Part shown: one piece after another, positions 12,610-26,415 of the stretch | How positions within the stretch are numbered: the first letter of the stretch is position 1 | Layout: every line of letters begins with the position of its first letter | NCBI GenBank assembly: GCA_964016885.1 | Contig: OZ024744.1 | Location: forward strand, 92,938,001-93,002,000 | Source of the DNA: Eledone cirrhosa | Taxonomy: Eukaryota | Length of the DNA stretch: 64,000 nt | Direction: 5' to 3' | Made by a program: the position numbers and the translations under genes | Notes under the pieces: generated by a model | What the model saw: the letters and a program-made list of their open reading frames with translations, nothing else | Told to the model about the DNA's origin: nothing | Databases searched by the model: none

Positions 12610-13210
12610 TATTCCGGGTTGAATCGAAGGTAACCACAGTAAGTAAGGTACTCAATACATAGCAGAGTATAAAAGTTTTAATATAGAAGAGCTTCTACAG
12701 GACTAGTGTAAGTGGGCGCATGTGTAAATGTGCTTGTCGACACCTGGAACATATATTAAGAGAAACTTCACCATAAGGGGGGGTTCACCCCAGCACTTGA
12801 ATCTGTTGATGGAACCCTTTCTGCCGTTGTCACCCTTCAGCCTTAAAGAATTAGCTTCTAAAGAATTTCCCTTTTCTTTAAACCATTGAACCCTACCCAT
12901 CCTGTAGACACCTTTCTTACAGCCATTGTTAGTCTAAGTGATAAACAAGGATTGGAATTCCAAATTTGAATTTGTTTACAAGATTCTTTCTGCTTTGTTA
13001 ATATTATAGCTTTAAAGAATTAGCTTTTAATGAACTCCCTTTTATTTAAATCCTTCAACCAATGACCTCCACCCACCCAAATCCCCACCCTCTCCTACCA
13101 CCAGAAAAGGAAAGATATAAATACTACCACTTACTTAGACAGCCAGCTTCCTGATGATTTCTCACGAATGAAACAGTTCTAGTCCTGTAGAAGCTCTTCT
13201 ATATTAAAAC
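12610..13210 (+). mobile_element. Penelope-like fold-back element (inverted pLTR fragment plus hammerhead) in (TA)n
   Basis: Arms 12675-12706 and 13179-13210 are perfectly inverted. The left extension matches the reverse complement of 61225-61290. Confidence 0.75.
13145..13195 (+). ncRNA. Type I hammerhead ribozyme (predicted)
   Basis: Stem I AGCTTC/GAAGCT; CTGATGA at 13151; short stem II TTC/GAA with a U-U at its base; GAA-ACAG-ttctagtc-CTGT-A; GUA cleavage after 13189. Confidence 0.7.
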
Positions 13211-13227
13211 TATATATATATATATAT

Positions 13228-13600
13228 ATATCAACTAGAAATTGATTGACATATATATATATATTTAAAATAAACATATGAAACAATCACAGGGGATAAT
13301 TTGTAAAGTGTGTAATCACACACAGCTAGGTAAGTAACTAATTAAAGTTTAACTAGATCTTCAAATATTACCTTTTAAAAAATGATTAATCCTCCTAGCT
13401 GTGTGTGATTACACACTTTACAAATTATCCCCTGTGATTGTTTCATGTGTTTATTTTAAATATATATATGTCAATCAATCTCTAGTTGATATAAAATGCT
13501 CGGATCTATTCATTGGAATCTTTGAACTTATTCTACAGTGGATATGGTGCATGTCTCGGACATGACTCCTTTAATTTAATTTAACTAAATTTATTTTGGA
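13228..13600. mobile_element. Fold-back element with ~100-bp arms and one-sided tail, in (TA)n
   Basis: 13228-13330 is inverted at 13394-13492, with an unpaired tail to ~13600. No intact hammerhead core found. Confidence 0.7.
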
Positions 13601-13633
13601 TATATATATATATATATATAAATATATATATAT

Positions 13634-13883
13634 GAAGTATTTCCGTAGGAAGGGTAAAGAAAGGAGAGTGCTCTATGTATGCTACAGAGCTATTTAATTA
13701 TGTAATAAACAACATAAGACAATTATTCCATTTACCAAAGGTTTCACAAAGACAGACGAGTTCAATAGAGACATCTGAAATCGTCATCATTCTGATGAGC
13801 GATTTCAGACATCTCTGTTGAGCTTGCCTGTCTTCGTGAAACCTTTGGTAAATGGAATAATTGTCTTATATTGTTTATTACAT
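13634..13883. mobile_element. Fold-back Penelope-like element ('GAAACCTTTGGTA' family) in (TA)n
   Basis: Near-perfect hairpin 13700-13883 centred on TCATCATTCTGATGA. The left tail is shared with 24805, 48438 and 60235. Confidence 0.8.
13787..13855 (+). ncRNA. Type I hammerhead ribozyme (predicted)
   Basis: Stem I TCATT/AATGG; CTGATGA at 13792; stem II GCGA/TCGT extended by AGACA/TGTCT; GAA-ACC-ttt-GGT-A; GUA cleavage after 13850. Confidence 0.75.
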
Positions 13884-13886
13884 TAT

Positions 13887-13935
<49 letters not shown>

Positions 13936-13980
13936 TATATATATATATATATACATATATATACATATATATATATATAT

Positions 13981-14243
13981 AGTAATAATAATAAATGTGA
14001 AGACTAAAATCCAAAGCGGGCTCAATAACGATAAATATATATCAAATATATAAGAACCCTAGAGCAAATATTTATTAAAATAACAGATTAAAGTTTAAGT
14101 AACGAATCGCTGCTTTCACCCTTAACAGGATCTTCAGAAGATCCCATTCATAAAATAGATGGAACTTATTACACCATTGAGTGCTTAAAAGGGTGAAAGC
14201 AGCGATTCTTTGCTTAAACTTTAATCTGTTATTTTAATAAATA
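13981..14243. mobile_element. Fold-back element with one-sided tail in (TA)n
   Basis: Arms 14069-14124 and ~14186-14243. CTGAAGA...GAAA lies on the minus strand but stems I and III are unconvincing. Part of the spacer recurs inverted at ~11010-11056. Confidence 0.65.
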
Positions 14244-14269
14244 TATATATATATAAATATATATCATCA

Positions 14270-15275
14270 TCACCATCATTACCATCATTTAACATCCACT
14301 TTCCACACTAGCATGGGTTAGACAAGCTGTCCGATTGTGAGACTAGCCAGGTCAGGTGACCACGACTTGCGCATACAGAACTGATTCTACAGCTGTCTGA
14401 CCTTGCTAACGCCAACCACATTTACAGTGTGTACTGGGTGCTTTTTGTCATGGCACCTACATGACCACATTTACAGTGTTGGCTGGGTGCCTTTTGTTGT
14501 GACACCTACATGACCACTTTACAGTGTGGATTGGGTGCTTTTTGTCATGACATCTACATGGCCACTTTACAGTGTGGACTGGGTGCTTTTTGTCATGACA
14601 CCTACTGGACCACATTTACAGTGTTGGCTGGGTGCCTTTTGTTGTGACACCTACATGACCACTTTACAGTGTGGATTGGGTGCTTTTTGTCATGACATCT
14701 ACATGGCCACTTTACAGTGTGGACTGGGTGCTTTTTGTCATGACACCTACTGGACCACATTTACAGTGTTGGCTGGGTGCCTTTTGTTGTGACACCTACA
14801 TGACCACTTTACAGTGTGGATTGGGTGCTTTTTGTCTTGACACCTACATGACCACTTTACTGTGTGGGCTGGATACTTTTTGTCATGACACCTACATGGC
14901 CACTTTAGAGTGTGGGCTGGGTGCCTTTTGTCGTGACATCTACATGGCCACTTTACAGTGTGGACTGGGTGCTCTTTGTCGTGACACCTACCGGACCACA
15001 TTTACAGTGTGGACTGGGTGCTTTTTGTCATGACATCTACATGGCCACTTTACAGTGTGGACTGGACCTTGTCAAACTGGACCAAGGAAACAATGTTTCC
15101 ATTGGTCTTTCCGTTGTTGATACTATCTACTAGTCGCAACTCCTGGCAGCAAGAGAAACGTGAAATAAAGTGTCTTGTTCAAGGACACAATGCATCGTCT
15201 GGCCCAAGAATTGAACTCACAACATCATTATTATGAATGTAACTCTCTAACCACTAAGCCACGTGCCTTCACATG
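14270..15275 (-). mobile_element. SINE family B-related copy with expanded internal 48-bp minisatellite
   Basis: SINE tail at ~14270-14420 and head at ~15160-15275. About 13 units of ccactttacagtgtggactgggtgctttttgtcatgacacctacatga lie between, with a 145-bp super-period. Confidence 0.8.
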
Positions 15276-15466
15276 CGGTAAGTACCAGGATTCAAGAGCA
15301 TATAAACAAACGTGAATGTTTATATACATGGTGTGTGTGTGTGTGTATGTGTGTATGTGTATACACCTGCACACACACACAAACACTCACACATACACAT
15401 AGCAAGGAAAATGGACATTAAATGACAACGATTATTATTATGATATATATCTATATCCACCCCCTT

Positions 15467-15514
<48 letters not shown>

Positions 15515-15547
15515 AGTGTGTATACCTATACATACCTTCACACACAC

Positions 15548-15600
<53 letters not shown>

Positions 15601-16121
15601 GTATATAGCAGGGTTAATGGACATTAAATGATGATTATATATCTCTCTCTCTCCCTCTCTTCCCCCTCTCTTTCTTCCGGCCCCCTCTCTCTCTCCCTTC
15701 TCCCTCTCTCTCTGTCTCTTCCTCTCTTTCTTTCTCACCCTCTTTCTCTCTCTCCCTCTCTCTCTCTCTCTTCCACCCCCCCCCCCCCCCCCTCTCTCTC
15801 TCTCTCTCTGTGTACACATACAAGTTTAGAGGTGACATTCCTTATATAAGTAGGTCTTTATAAGTAGTTATAAACAGTCCTCTCCATACAGTCCCCTCTA
15901 TACAGTCCTCTCCATACATTTTCTTCACTTTTTCTCTTCTTGTTTATTTAAGTCTTTGTGTTAATGTTTGGTCCTCAAAACACATGTATTTCAAAACATC
16001 TGGTTTTATATAAAATTCTTGATTCATCAACTAAATGAAGGAGGAGAGGAGGAGGAGGAGGAGGAGGAGGAGGGGGGGGGGGGGAGGGGGAGAAGGAGGG
16101 GGAGGAGAACAACAACAACAA

Positions 16122-16153
<32 letters not shown>

Positions 16154-16261
16154 AGGAAGATAAGAATAAGAAAATAAGGTGTTAAGAAATTGATGAAAGA
16201 ATCTGCTTTCTTTTTCCATTCTTGATTTGATTATTTCTCTTCAGTTCTGTGTAATGAAGGT

Positions 16262-16700
16262 ACATGACCTAGTGGTTAGTGGTAAGGTTGTCGGACTTAT
16301 GATCATGGGTTCAATTCCTGGACCAGGTTGTGTGTTGTGTTCTTGAGCAAAACACTTCATTTCATATTGATCCAGTATACTCAGTATAACAATGAGTACC
16401 AGCAATAGCTAGGGGTTTAACTCTACGATGGATTGGCAACCTGTCCAGGGGGAAGTCTGGAACTCTCAATCGCTTAATGCCACCGAAACCAGGATAAGCT
16501 CTAGCCAAATGAACCTCCAGGTTCAAGATAGACTTTAACCCTGTGATGGACTGTTGCCCTGTCCAGGGAGAATTTTTTCTACTCTCAGTCACTTCACACC
16601 ACAGAAACTGACATAAGCACTGGTCTGCTGAGCCTCCAGGCTCAAGACAGACTTTAACTCTGCAATGGACCTGTGTCATGTTCAGGGGGAAGTCTTCTAA
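16262..16700 (+). mobile_element. tRNA-derived SINE with internally duplicated ~120-bp segment
   Basis: Head tagtggttag...gggttcaattcc and tcttgagcaaaacactt, followed by a repeated ctccagg.tcaaga.agactttaac block. Confidence 0.6.
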
Positions 16701-16880
16701 TCCTACCGAGGTTAATTTTGCCTTGCATCCTTCCATAGGTTGATAAAATAAAGTGCTAGTCACTTACTGCAGTCAATGGAATCGATTTTGTGCCTAAATC
16801 AGAAAGCATTATTAAGAGACACAGACACACACACACACACACAGACAGACACACACACGGAGACAGACACACAGAGACAG

Positions 16881-16912
<32 letters not shown>

Positions 16913-17956
16913 GCAGACAGAGACACACACACACGGAGACAGACACACACACAAGTTCAAATCCCGCCGAGGTTGACTTTGCCTTTCATCCTTACGGGGG
17001 TCGATAAAATAAAGTACCAGTAATGTACTGGGTAATTGCTGGCCTTGTGCCAAAAGTAGAAATAATTATTAAGTTGATATTTACGATCTGAGTTCAAATC
17101 CCGCCGAGGTTAACTTTGCCTTTCATCCTTACGGGGGTCGATAAATAAAGTACCAGTAATGTACGGATTAATTGCTGGCCTTGTGCCAAAAGTAGAAATA
17201 ATTATTAAGCTGATATTTGAAACATAACTTTTTTATTACTATATTTCTAATGAAAGATACTGTCTATCACCATCATCATCATCAATTAACGTCTATCTTC
17301 CATGCTAGCATGGGCTGGACGGGTTTGTCTCATTTAGAGGCAAGTTGGGTCAGTCAGGTGACCGTGTCTCGCTGATATAGGAGAAATTCTGGCTGGTTTT
17401 CTGGTGGTGGTGGTGGTGGTGCTGGTGGTGCTGGTGGTGCTGGTGATGGTGATGATGATGATGGTGGTGGTGGTGGTGATGGTGGTGGTAGTGGTCGTGG
17501 TGGTGGTGGTGGTGGTGATGGTGGTGGTGGTGGTGGTGATGGTGGTGGTAGTGGTGGTGGTTGTGGTGGTGGTGATGATAATGATGGTGGTGGTGCTGGT
17601 GCTGGTGCTGGTGATGATGGTGGTGGTGGTGGTGGTGGTGGTGGTGGTGGTGATACCATCAAAATAATTATTTCTACTTTTGGCACAAGGCCAGCAATTA
17701 TCCCAGTGTATTACTGGTACTTTATTTTATCGACCCCCGTAAGGATGAAAGGCAAAGTTAACCTCGGCGGGATTTGAACTCAGACCATAAAGGGCCGTAA
17801 CTCTATGCTGGTAAATCAAAATAATGAAAAATTAAATAGCAACAACCATACACAAACACACACTAGTGATAAAATATAGAATATAAACACATAAACACAT
17901 AAACACATAAACACATGCAGACTCAGACACAAACACATGAGCACACACCAAACAGA

Positions 17957-17997
<41 letters not shown>

Positions 17998-18371
17998 CAT
18001 GCACAAACAGAGACAACCAAAACAACGTTATAAAAACACAATGGAAGGAAATACAGCAATAATCACTGAAGAGGTCATAGAAATGTGTGATGAAAGAACT
18101 TTGAGAAATTATATTTATATTTGTATATTTAACTGTTGATTACTCAATGATAAACATTGATTGCCACTAAATTATTTCTAGAAATATAAAAATATACTGA
18201 AGTGAAAACCAACCTAACAGTGAGTGTGTTTTACTATATTTTGGCAATATTAGGACCACTTGACGATCCCCAAATACAGACATTTTTTGTAATTTCCTCT
18301 AAATTCTTGAATTATATTATAATTCTTGGTATGTTTTATCCATTCGTTCATCTGGACACAGACACGGACAC

Positions 18372-18399
<28 letters not shown>

Positions 18400-18417
<18 letters not shown>

Positions 18418-18462
18418 CTACACAAAAATACATAAATAAATACACAGATAACAGAAGTTCAA

Positions 18463-18507
<45 letters not shown>

Positions 18508-19068
18508 TTTACACATACATACATAAACAAATACACAGACAACAGAAGTGAAAATACACATACACACACACACACACATCTACACATACATACATAAACA
18601 AATACACAGACACAGAAGCACACACACACATGTACACATACATATATAAACAAATATACAGACACAGAAGCACACACACATCTAACTATACATGCATAAA
18701 CAAATACACAGACAACAGAAGCACAAACACACACACACACACACACACATCTACACATACATACATAAACAAATACAGACAACAGAAGCACACACACACA
18801 CACACACACATCTACACATACATACTTAAATAGATACACAGACAACAGAATCACACACACACACACACACACACATCTACACATACATACATAAACAGAT
18901 ACACAGACAACAGAATCACACACACACACACACACATCTACACATACATACATAAACAAATACACAGACAACAGAAGCACACACACACACACACATCTAC
19001 ACATACATACATAAACAGATACACACACATCTACACATACATACATAAACAGATACACAGACAACAGA

Positions 19069-19103
<35 letters not shown>

Positions 19104-21275
19104 CTACACATACATAAACAGATACACAGACAACAGAAGTACACACACACACACACACATCTACACATACATACAGAAACAAATACACAGGCAACAGAAA
19201 CACACACACACACAACATCTACACATACATACATAAACAGATACACAGACAACAGAAGCACACACACACATCTACACATACATACATAAACAGATACACA
19301 GACAACAGAAGCACACACACACACACACATCTACACATACATACATAAACAGATACACAGACAACAGAAGCACACACACACACACACACACACACACATC
19401 TACACATACATAAACAGATACACAGACAACAGAAGTCCACACACACACACACACATCTACACATACATACAGAAACAAATACACAGGCAACAGAAACACA
19501 CACACAAACACAACATCTACACATACATACATAAACAGATACACAGACAACAGAAGCACACACACACACACACACACATCTACACATACATACATAAACA
19601 GATACACAGACAACAGAAGCACACACACACACACACACAACATCTACACATACATACATAAACAGATACACAGACAACAGAAGCACACACACAACAGAAG
19701 CACACACACACACACATCTACACATACATAGATAAACAGATACACAGACAACAGAAGCACACACACACACACACACACATCTACACATACATACATAAAC
19801 AGATACACAGACAACAGAAGCACACACACACACACACATCTACACATACATAGATAAACAGATACACAGGCAACAAAAGCACACACACACACACACACAC
19901 ATCTACACATACATAGATAAACAGATACACAGACAACAGAAGCACACACACACACACACACACACATCTACACATACATACATAAACAGATACACAGACA
20001 ACAGAAGCACACACACGCACATCTACACATCTACACATACATAGATAAACAGATACACAGGCAACAAAAGCACACACACACACACACACACACATCTACA
20101 CATACATACATAAACAGATACACAGGCAACAAAAGCACACACACACACACACACACACACATCTACACATACATACATAAACAGATACACAGACAACAGA
20201 AGCACACACACACACACACACACACATCTACACATACATACATAAACAGATACACAGGCAACAAAAGCACACACACACACACACACACACACATCTACAC
20301 ATACATACATAAACAGATACACAGACAACAGAAGCACACACACACACACACACACATCTACACATACATACATAAACAGATACACAGGCAACAGAAGCAC
20401 ACACACACACACACACACATACACACACACATCTACACATACATACATAAACAGATACACAGACAACAGAAGCACACACACACACACACACACACACACA
20501 TCTACACATACATACATAAACAGATACACAGACAACAGAAGCACACACACATACACACACACACACACATCTACACATACATACATAAACAAATACACAG
20601 ACAACAGAAGCACACACACACACACACACACATCTACACATACATACATAAATAGATACACAAACAACAGAAGCACACACACACACACACACACACACAC
20701 ATCTACACATACATACATAAATAGATACACAGACAACAGAAGCACACACACACACACACACATCTACACATACATACATAAACAAATACACAGACAACAG
20801 AGGCACACACACACACACACATCTACACATACATACATAAACAGATACACAGACAACAGAAGCACACACACACACACACATCTACACATACATACATAAA
20901 CAGATACACAGGCAACAGAAGCACACACACACACACACACACATCTACACATACATAGATAAACAGATACACAGACAACAGAAGCACACACACACACACA
21001 CACACACACACATCTACACATACATACATAAACAAATACACAGACAACAGAAGCACACACACACACACACACACACACATCTACACATACATACATAAAT
21101 AGATACACAGACAACAGAAGCACACACACACACACACACACACATCTACACATACATACATAAACAAATACACAGACAACAGAAGCACACACACACACAC
21201 ACATCTACACATACATAGACAAATACACAGGCAACAGAAGCACACACACACACACACACACATCTACACATACAT
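18400..21275. repeat. ~60-bp minisatellite: CATCTACACATACATACATAAACAGATACACAGACAACAGAAG + (CA)n
   Basis: More than 40 units with a fixed ~43-bp core and a variable-length (CA)n spacer. Confidence 0.95.
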
Positions 21276-22051
21276 ATTCATTAAATAGAGACATTGTTCA
21301 AAATAATTATTACATATACACACATTTATGTAATGATTGGGGAAGGAAGGGACTGGTGAAACGCTATAGCGATGTGCATTCCAAGATTGGGTACACCGGT
21401 GTGACTGTGTGTGAGTGTGTGTGTGTGTTTGTGAGTGTATGTGTGAATGCATGTGTGTGTGTGTGTGTTTTGTGTGAATGTGTGTGTATGTGTGTGTATG
21501 TTTGTGTCAGTGTTTGTGTGTGTTTGTGTGAGTGTATGTGCATGTGTGTATGTGTGAGTGTATGCGTGTGTGTGTATGTGTGTGTAGGTATGTTTGTGTG
21601 AATGTATGTGTGTGTGTGTTTGTGTGAGTATTTGTGTGTGTTTGTGTGAGTTTGAACTCAGATTGGAAAGCGGCGTAACTCTATGCTGCAAAGCATGGTG
21701 TCTGACACTCTACCGATACGGACAATCCACCACCTTTTGTATAATAATAATGAAAATGAATGTGTACAGTGCTCAGGTGCACTACAACTCATCAAAGGTG
21801 CATGTATAGAAAATAGAATAATTGTTTCTACTTTTGGCACAAGGTTAGCAATTATCCCAGTACATTACTGGTATTTTATTTTATTGACCCCCCGTAAGGA
21901 TGAAAGGCAAAATTAACCTTAGCCAGATTTGAACTCAGACCGTAAAGAGACGTAACTCTGTGCTGCAAAGCATGGCGTCCAACCCTCCTCTATTGATTCT
22001 GCCATAGAATAATGTACAAAAATCAGAAAAGTGAACAGTGTATGAGTCATA

Positions 22052-22101
<50 letters not shown>

Positions 22102-22199
22102 ACTTGCACACACACTCCACACACCCATACATACACACACACAAACACATACACACTGCACACATACACACTGACACACATACTCATGCATGCATGTGT

Positions 22200-22440
22200 A
22201 TGGAGGGGAGAGGTGGATATCAGATGTAGTATTAGCAAATTTCAGGAAGTATGGAAGTTTTAAACGGGATGCAGTGTCTCTAACAGCTAACAACTGACGC
22301 AGGCAGTTTGTTCCATGCTTCAGCAACTCTGAGCGTGAAAAAAATTATTTCCAAAAGTCATGGGAGCTGTGCTGTTTTCTGATTTTTGTAGGCATGTCCA
22401 CGTGTGTTAGACAATGTAGTGTCGCAAATATTAACTTGCT
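22200..22440 (-). mobile_element. CR1-clade LINE 3' end remnant
   Basis: Minus strand reads TRGHAYK...FFTLRVAEAWNKLPASVV...FK, the typical CR1 ORF2 C-terminus. Confidence 0.7.
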
Positions 22441-23137
22441 AGTGAAAATGTTGGTTCAGTCTTACCCACGAGGCACAGCACTTCTGCCCTATTGCCCTAG
22501 GCCCAAAGCTCAATCATCCTCCCCCCCCCCCCTTTCACCCCGCCCTTCTCTTCTACGACACGAGAGTTCTTGCAATCCACCCCCTTCCTGTTCTTTTTTT
22601 TTCTTCTTTTTTTTTCTCTATATTTTCCTATTCTTTTTTTCCTTTTGTTTCCTCTTTATTTGCTGGCCTTGTGCCTAAAGTAGAAACAATTATTACTGTA
22701 AATAGTGAAATAAAATGAAACACAATTTTATTAAATTCTTCCAAATGTTTGATTATTTTTCAAAATAAATTAAAACATATAGGCATTGTATTTCATTGAG
22801 AAACAAAATCCAGTAACAAAAAGGGTTAAATTTATCTTCCAATTAAGGTAGCGAAATTGAGCTGGTGTCAGAATCGGCGTCTGTTCTGCTTCTTTTTATT
22901 CAGGTGAGACCAAATTTGGCAGCAATTTGGTTGCCTTTCCCCCTCCTTAACTGTTTTCTTTTAGAACCTTGTAGTTTTCACAATAAAACATTTTATGATC
23001 CATATGATGCTTGGAGAGGAAATATAGACACTGCCAAGCATTTCTGATGTTTATTGAAATGTCATGACGAACACACAGTCAAATGACTAGAGTGACACCC
23101 CATTAACTGACTGCACCAATTATGGGAACTTTATATA

Positions 23138-23585
23138 TCATCATCATCATCATCATCACCGTTTTACGTCCGTTCTTCCACGCTAGTATGGGTTAAATGG
23201 GTTGTCCTGTTGTGGGCAGTGTCCGGTCGGCTGACCTTGTCTTGCTCATACAGGAACTGACTCTGGCTTGATTTCTACAGCTGGATGCCCTTCCTAACAC
23301 CAACCTCATTTACAGTGAGTGTTGGGTGCTTTTTTCCGTGGAGCCTACATGTCCACTTTACAGTGTGGGCTGGGTGTTTTTTTTTGCCATAGCACCTCTA
23401 CGACCACTTTGCAGTGGAATGATATGGACCCCAGTCCCTATCATCTCATTTCTGCAGCTGAATAAACTGGAGCAATGTGAAATAAAGTGTCTTGCTCAAG
23501 GAAACAACACATCACCCGGTCCGAGAATTGGACTCACAACCTTTCGATTGCAAGCCCAATGCTGTAACCACTAAGCCATGTGCCC
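23138..23585 (-). mobile_element. SINE family B copy
   Basis: Same head, body and (CAT)n tail as 12045-12438. Confidence 0.85.
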
Positions 23586-24210
23586 TACACATTGGACATC
23601 GCTCCCACGAATCAACTCCATCACAAGGAAAATATCCGGCAACTCACCACACCCTCTACGGAACTACCTTAGGAACTTACCCACGGACATACACTCACAA
23701 TTTTTTTTCCCACACGCCACCTACATCCACAATACGTATAAACACCACACACACACACGTGCGTACCACCACATATTTACACACTCAACCTCCGGAATCC
23801 CCCCTCCCCCACAACTCTGACTCCTCCCCATCCACACACACACCGACACACACACCGACCTACACCCCACACACACACCTTTTCCTGAACATGGAACCAC
23901 GTTCTTCTCCCAACTCTCACATTCACATACACACACACACACGTACACCTACACACACACACCACCTTCAGCCCTTCCCGCTCGGACACCCCGCCTCCCT
24001 CTCCCCACTCCACCCGCCACCACCCCTACACGCCCCACACCCTTCCACCACTTGTTTATCTTCATGTTTATTTTTATTTTTATTATTTTTATTATTTTTT
24101 TTATATTTATTTTCATTTGTACCCCTTCCACCGTTTCCTCCCACCCCCTTTTCTAAATGTCTCTCCCCACTTCCCTACACACCCTTGGAACTCTCTTCCC
24201 ACACACTTTT

Positions 24211-24244
24211 CGCCTGAAGAAGGGCTTATGCCCGAAACGTCGGC
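24211..24244 (+). ncRNA. Minimal hammerhead-like motif of the Penelope pLTR type
   Basis: CTGAAGA-A-GGGC-ttat-GCCC-GAA-ACGT-C, with palindromic minimal stem III and weak stem I. Confidence 0.6.
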
Positions 24245-24517
24245 TTTTTAACTTCTCTCTGTGAGACAATATATATTTTTTTCTCAGTTGTAAAGGCTAT
24301 CTCTCTCTCTCTATCACCCATCTCTCCTCCTCTCTCATCCTTCCTTCTTATACTCCTCCCCCACCATTCTTTACTCTCACCTCCTCCTCTTCCTTACCTT
24401 TTCCAACCCCTCCTCACTTTTTCCCAATATCACACATCAATCTTAAATTATTATTCATATGTTGATTTAAAACTTCACTATTCACAAGTGTTTTTTAACC
24501 TTCATATCATGTATCCC

Positions 24518-24588
24518 TATTTTATCTGATGAAAACGCAGATATCATCCCATGATGATATTTGTTTTTGAAATGCGCATAATAAAATA
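24518..24588 (+). ncRNA. Type I hammerhead ribozyme (predicted)
   Basis: Stem I TATTTTAT/ATAAAATA (8 bp perfect); CTGATGA at 24526; long stem II ...GATATCATC/GATGATATT...; GAA-ATGCGCAT-A with palindromic stem III; cleavage after 24580. Confidence 0.8.
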
Positions 24589-24626
24589 CTTGGAACTCTT
24601 TTAACCATCTTTTGATCTTATATTAT

Positions 24627-24756
<130 letters not shown>

Positions 24757-24898
24757 GTATATATATATAATATATATATATATGTGTGTGTATGTATGTG
24801 TGTTAAGTATTTCTGTAGAAAAGGTAAAGGAAATAAGAGTGCTCTATATATATAGTACAGAACTATTTAATTACATAATAAACAACACAATATAATTA

Positions 24899-24967
24899 TT
24901 CCATTACCAAAGGTTTCAAGAGACTAGACTATCTTTACAGAAATGTCCAGTACATTCATCAAATGAA
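24899..24967 (-). ncRNA. Hammerhead-like motif with C3U core change ('GAAACCTTTGGTA' family)
   Basis: Minus strand reads TTCAT-TTGATGA...GAAACCTTTGGTA-ATGGAA. Confidence 0.5.
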
Positions 24968-25004
24968 TTAGTTATGTTTTGGGTATAAGATTTCAAATCT
25001 TATA

Positions 25005-25520
25005 TCCAAATGGCCCCAAGGCCCCAATGGTCCCAATGGCCTCAAGTCCCCAATGGCCCCAAGGCCCAAATGGCCCCAAGGCCCCAATGGCATCAAGGCC
25101 CCAATGGCTCTAAGGCACCAAGGCCTCAATGGCCTCAAGGCTCCAATGGCCCTAAGGCACCAAGGCCCCAATTTCCCTAAGGCCCCAAGGCCCCAATGGC
25201 CCTAAGACTCCAATGGCCCCAAGGCCCCAAGGCCTCAATGGTCCCAAGGTCCCAATGATCCCTAAAGCCCCAATAGTCCCAAGGTTCCAAGGCTATAATA
25301 GCCTCAAAGGTCCCAATCGCTCCAAGGCCTCAATGGCCCCAAGGCCCCAATGGCCCTAAGGCTCCAATGGCCCAAGGTCCCAAGGCCTCAATGGTCCCAA
25401 GGCCCCAATGACCCCTAAAGCCCCAATAATCCCAAGGCCCCAAGGCTCTAATGGCTTCAAAGGTCCCAATGGCCCCAAGGCCCAAGGCCTCAGTGCCCAA
25501 GGCCTCAATGGCCCCAAGGC
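25005..25520. repeat. GC-rich 8/9-mer repeat (GGCCCCAA[T])n
   Basis: Alternating ggccccaa/ggccccaat units with some longer duplicated blocks. Confidence 0.9.
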
Positions 25521-26196
25521 AGTAAATGCTTTATCTCACATAGTTATCTCACATAATATCAAATCTATGAGAATTTGATATTATTTACTTTGAAAACAAA
25601 ACCTCAACATAAGTATGAGTGGTTGGTTACAGCTGGTTGAACTGAAAGAGGTGAGAGTATTCTGGCCAGATATGGCCAGTTTAAACGCTAAAGGGTTTGG
25701 CACAAGAGCAACAGTTTTGGGAGGAGAGGAAAGTCATTTAAATCGACCCCAATGCATAACTGGTACTTTATTTTATCGACCTCTGTAAGGATGAAAGGCA
25801 AAGCTAACCTTGGCGGGATTTGAACTCAGAATGTAAAGGGCCGTAACTATGTGCCATAAAGCAGGGAGTCCAATGCTCTAAATAATGGTTTCTGATTTAG
25901 GCACAAGGCCAGAAATTTTAGGGAAGGGAAAATCGATTAAATTGACCCCAGTGCATTACTGGTACTTTATTTTATCGACCCCGTAAGGATGAAAGGCAAA
26001 GTTAACCTCAGAGGGATTTGAACTCAGAATGTAAAGGGCCGTTACTATATGCTGCAAAATATTTTTGAACTTGTTGCTTTTTCCTCTCTCCCTCTCACTC
26101 TCTCACTCTCTCTCTCACTCTTTCACTCACTCTCACTCTCGCTCTCTCTCTCACTCACTCTCTCACTTTCTCTCTCTTTCACTCTCTCTCTCTCTA

Positions 26197-26234
<38 letters not shown>

Positions 26235-26241
26235 ACTCTCA

Positions 26242-26275
<34 letters not shown>

Positions 26276-26355
26276 TTCTCCCACTCTCACTCACACTCAC
26301 ACTCTCTCTGTCACTCTTTCTCTCTCTCACTCTCTCTCACACACATACTCATTCA

Positions 26356-26415
<60 letters not shown>

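Noticed and set aside
18400-21275. CRISPR-like repeat-spacer appearance
   Set aside because: The spacers are only (CA)n, the context is eukaryotic, and there are no cas genes.
23044-23070. CTGATGT..GAAA hammerhead-like string
   Set aside because: Core mismatch and no stems.
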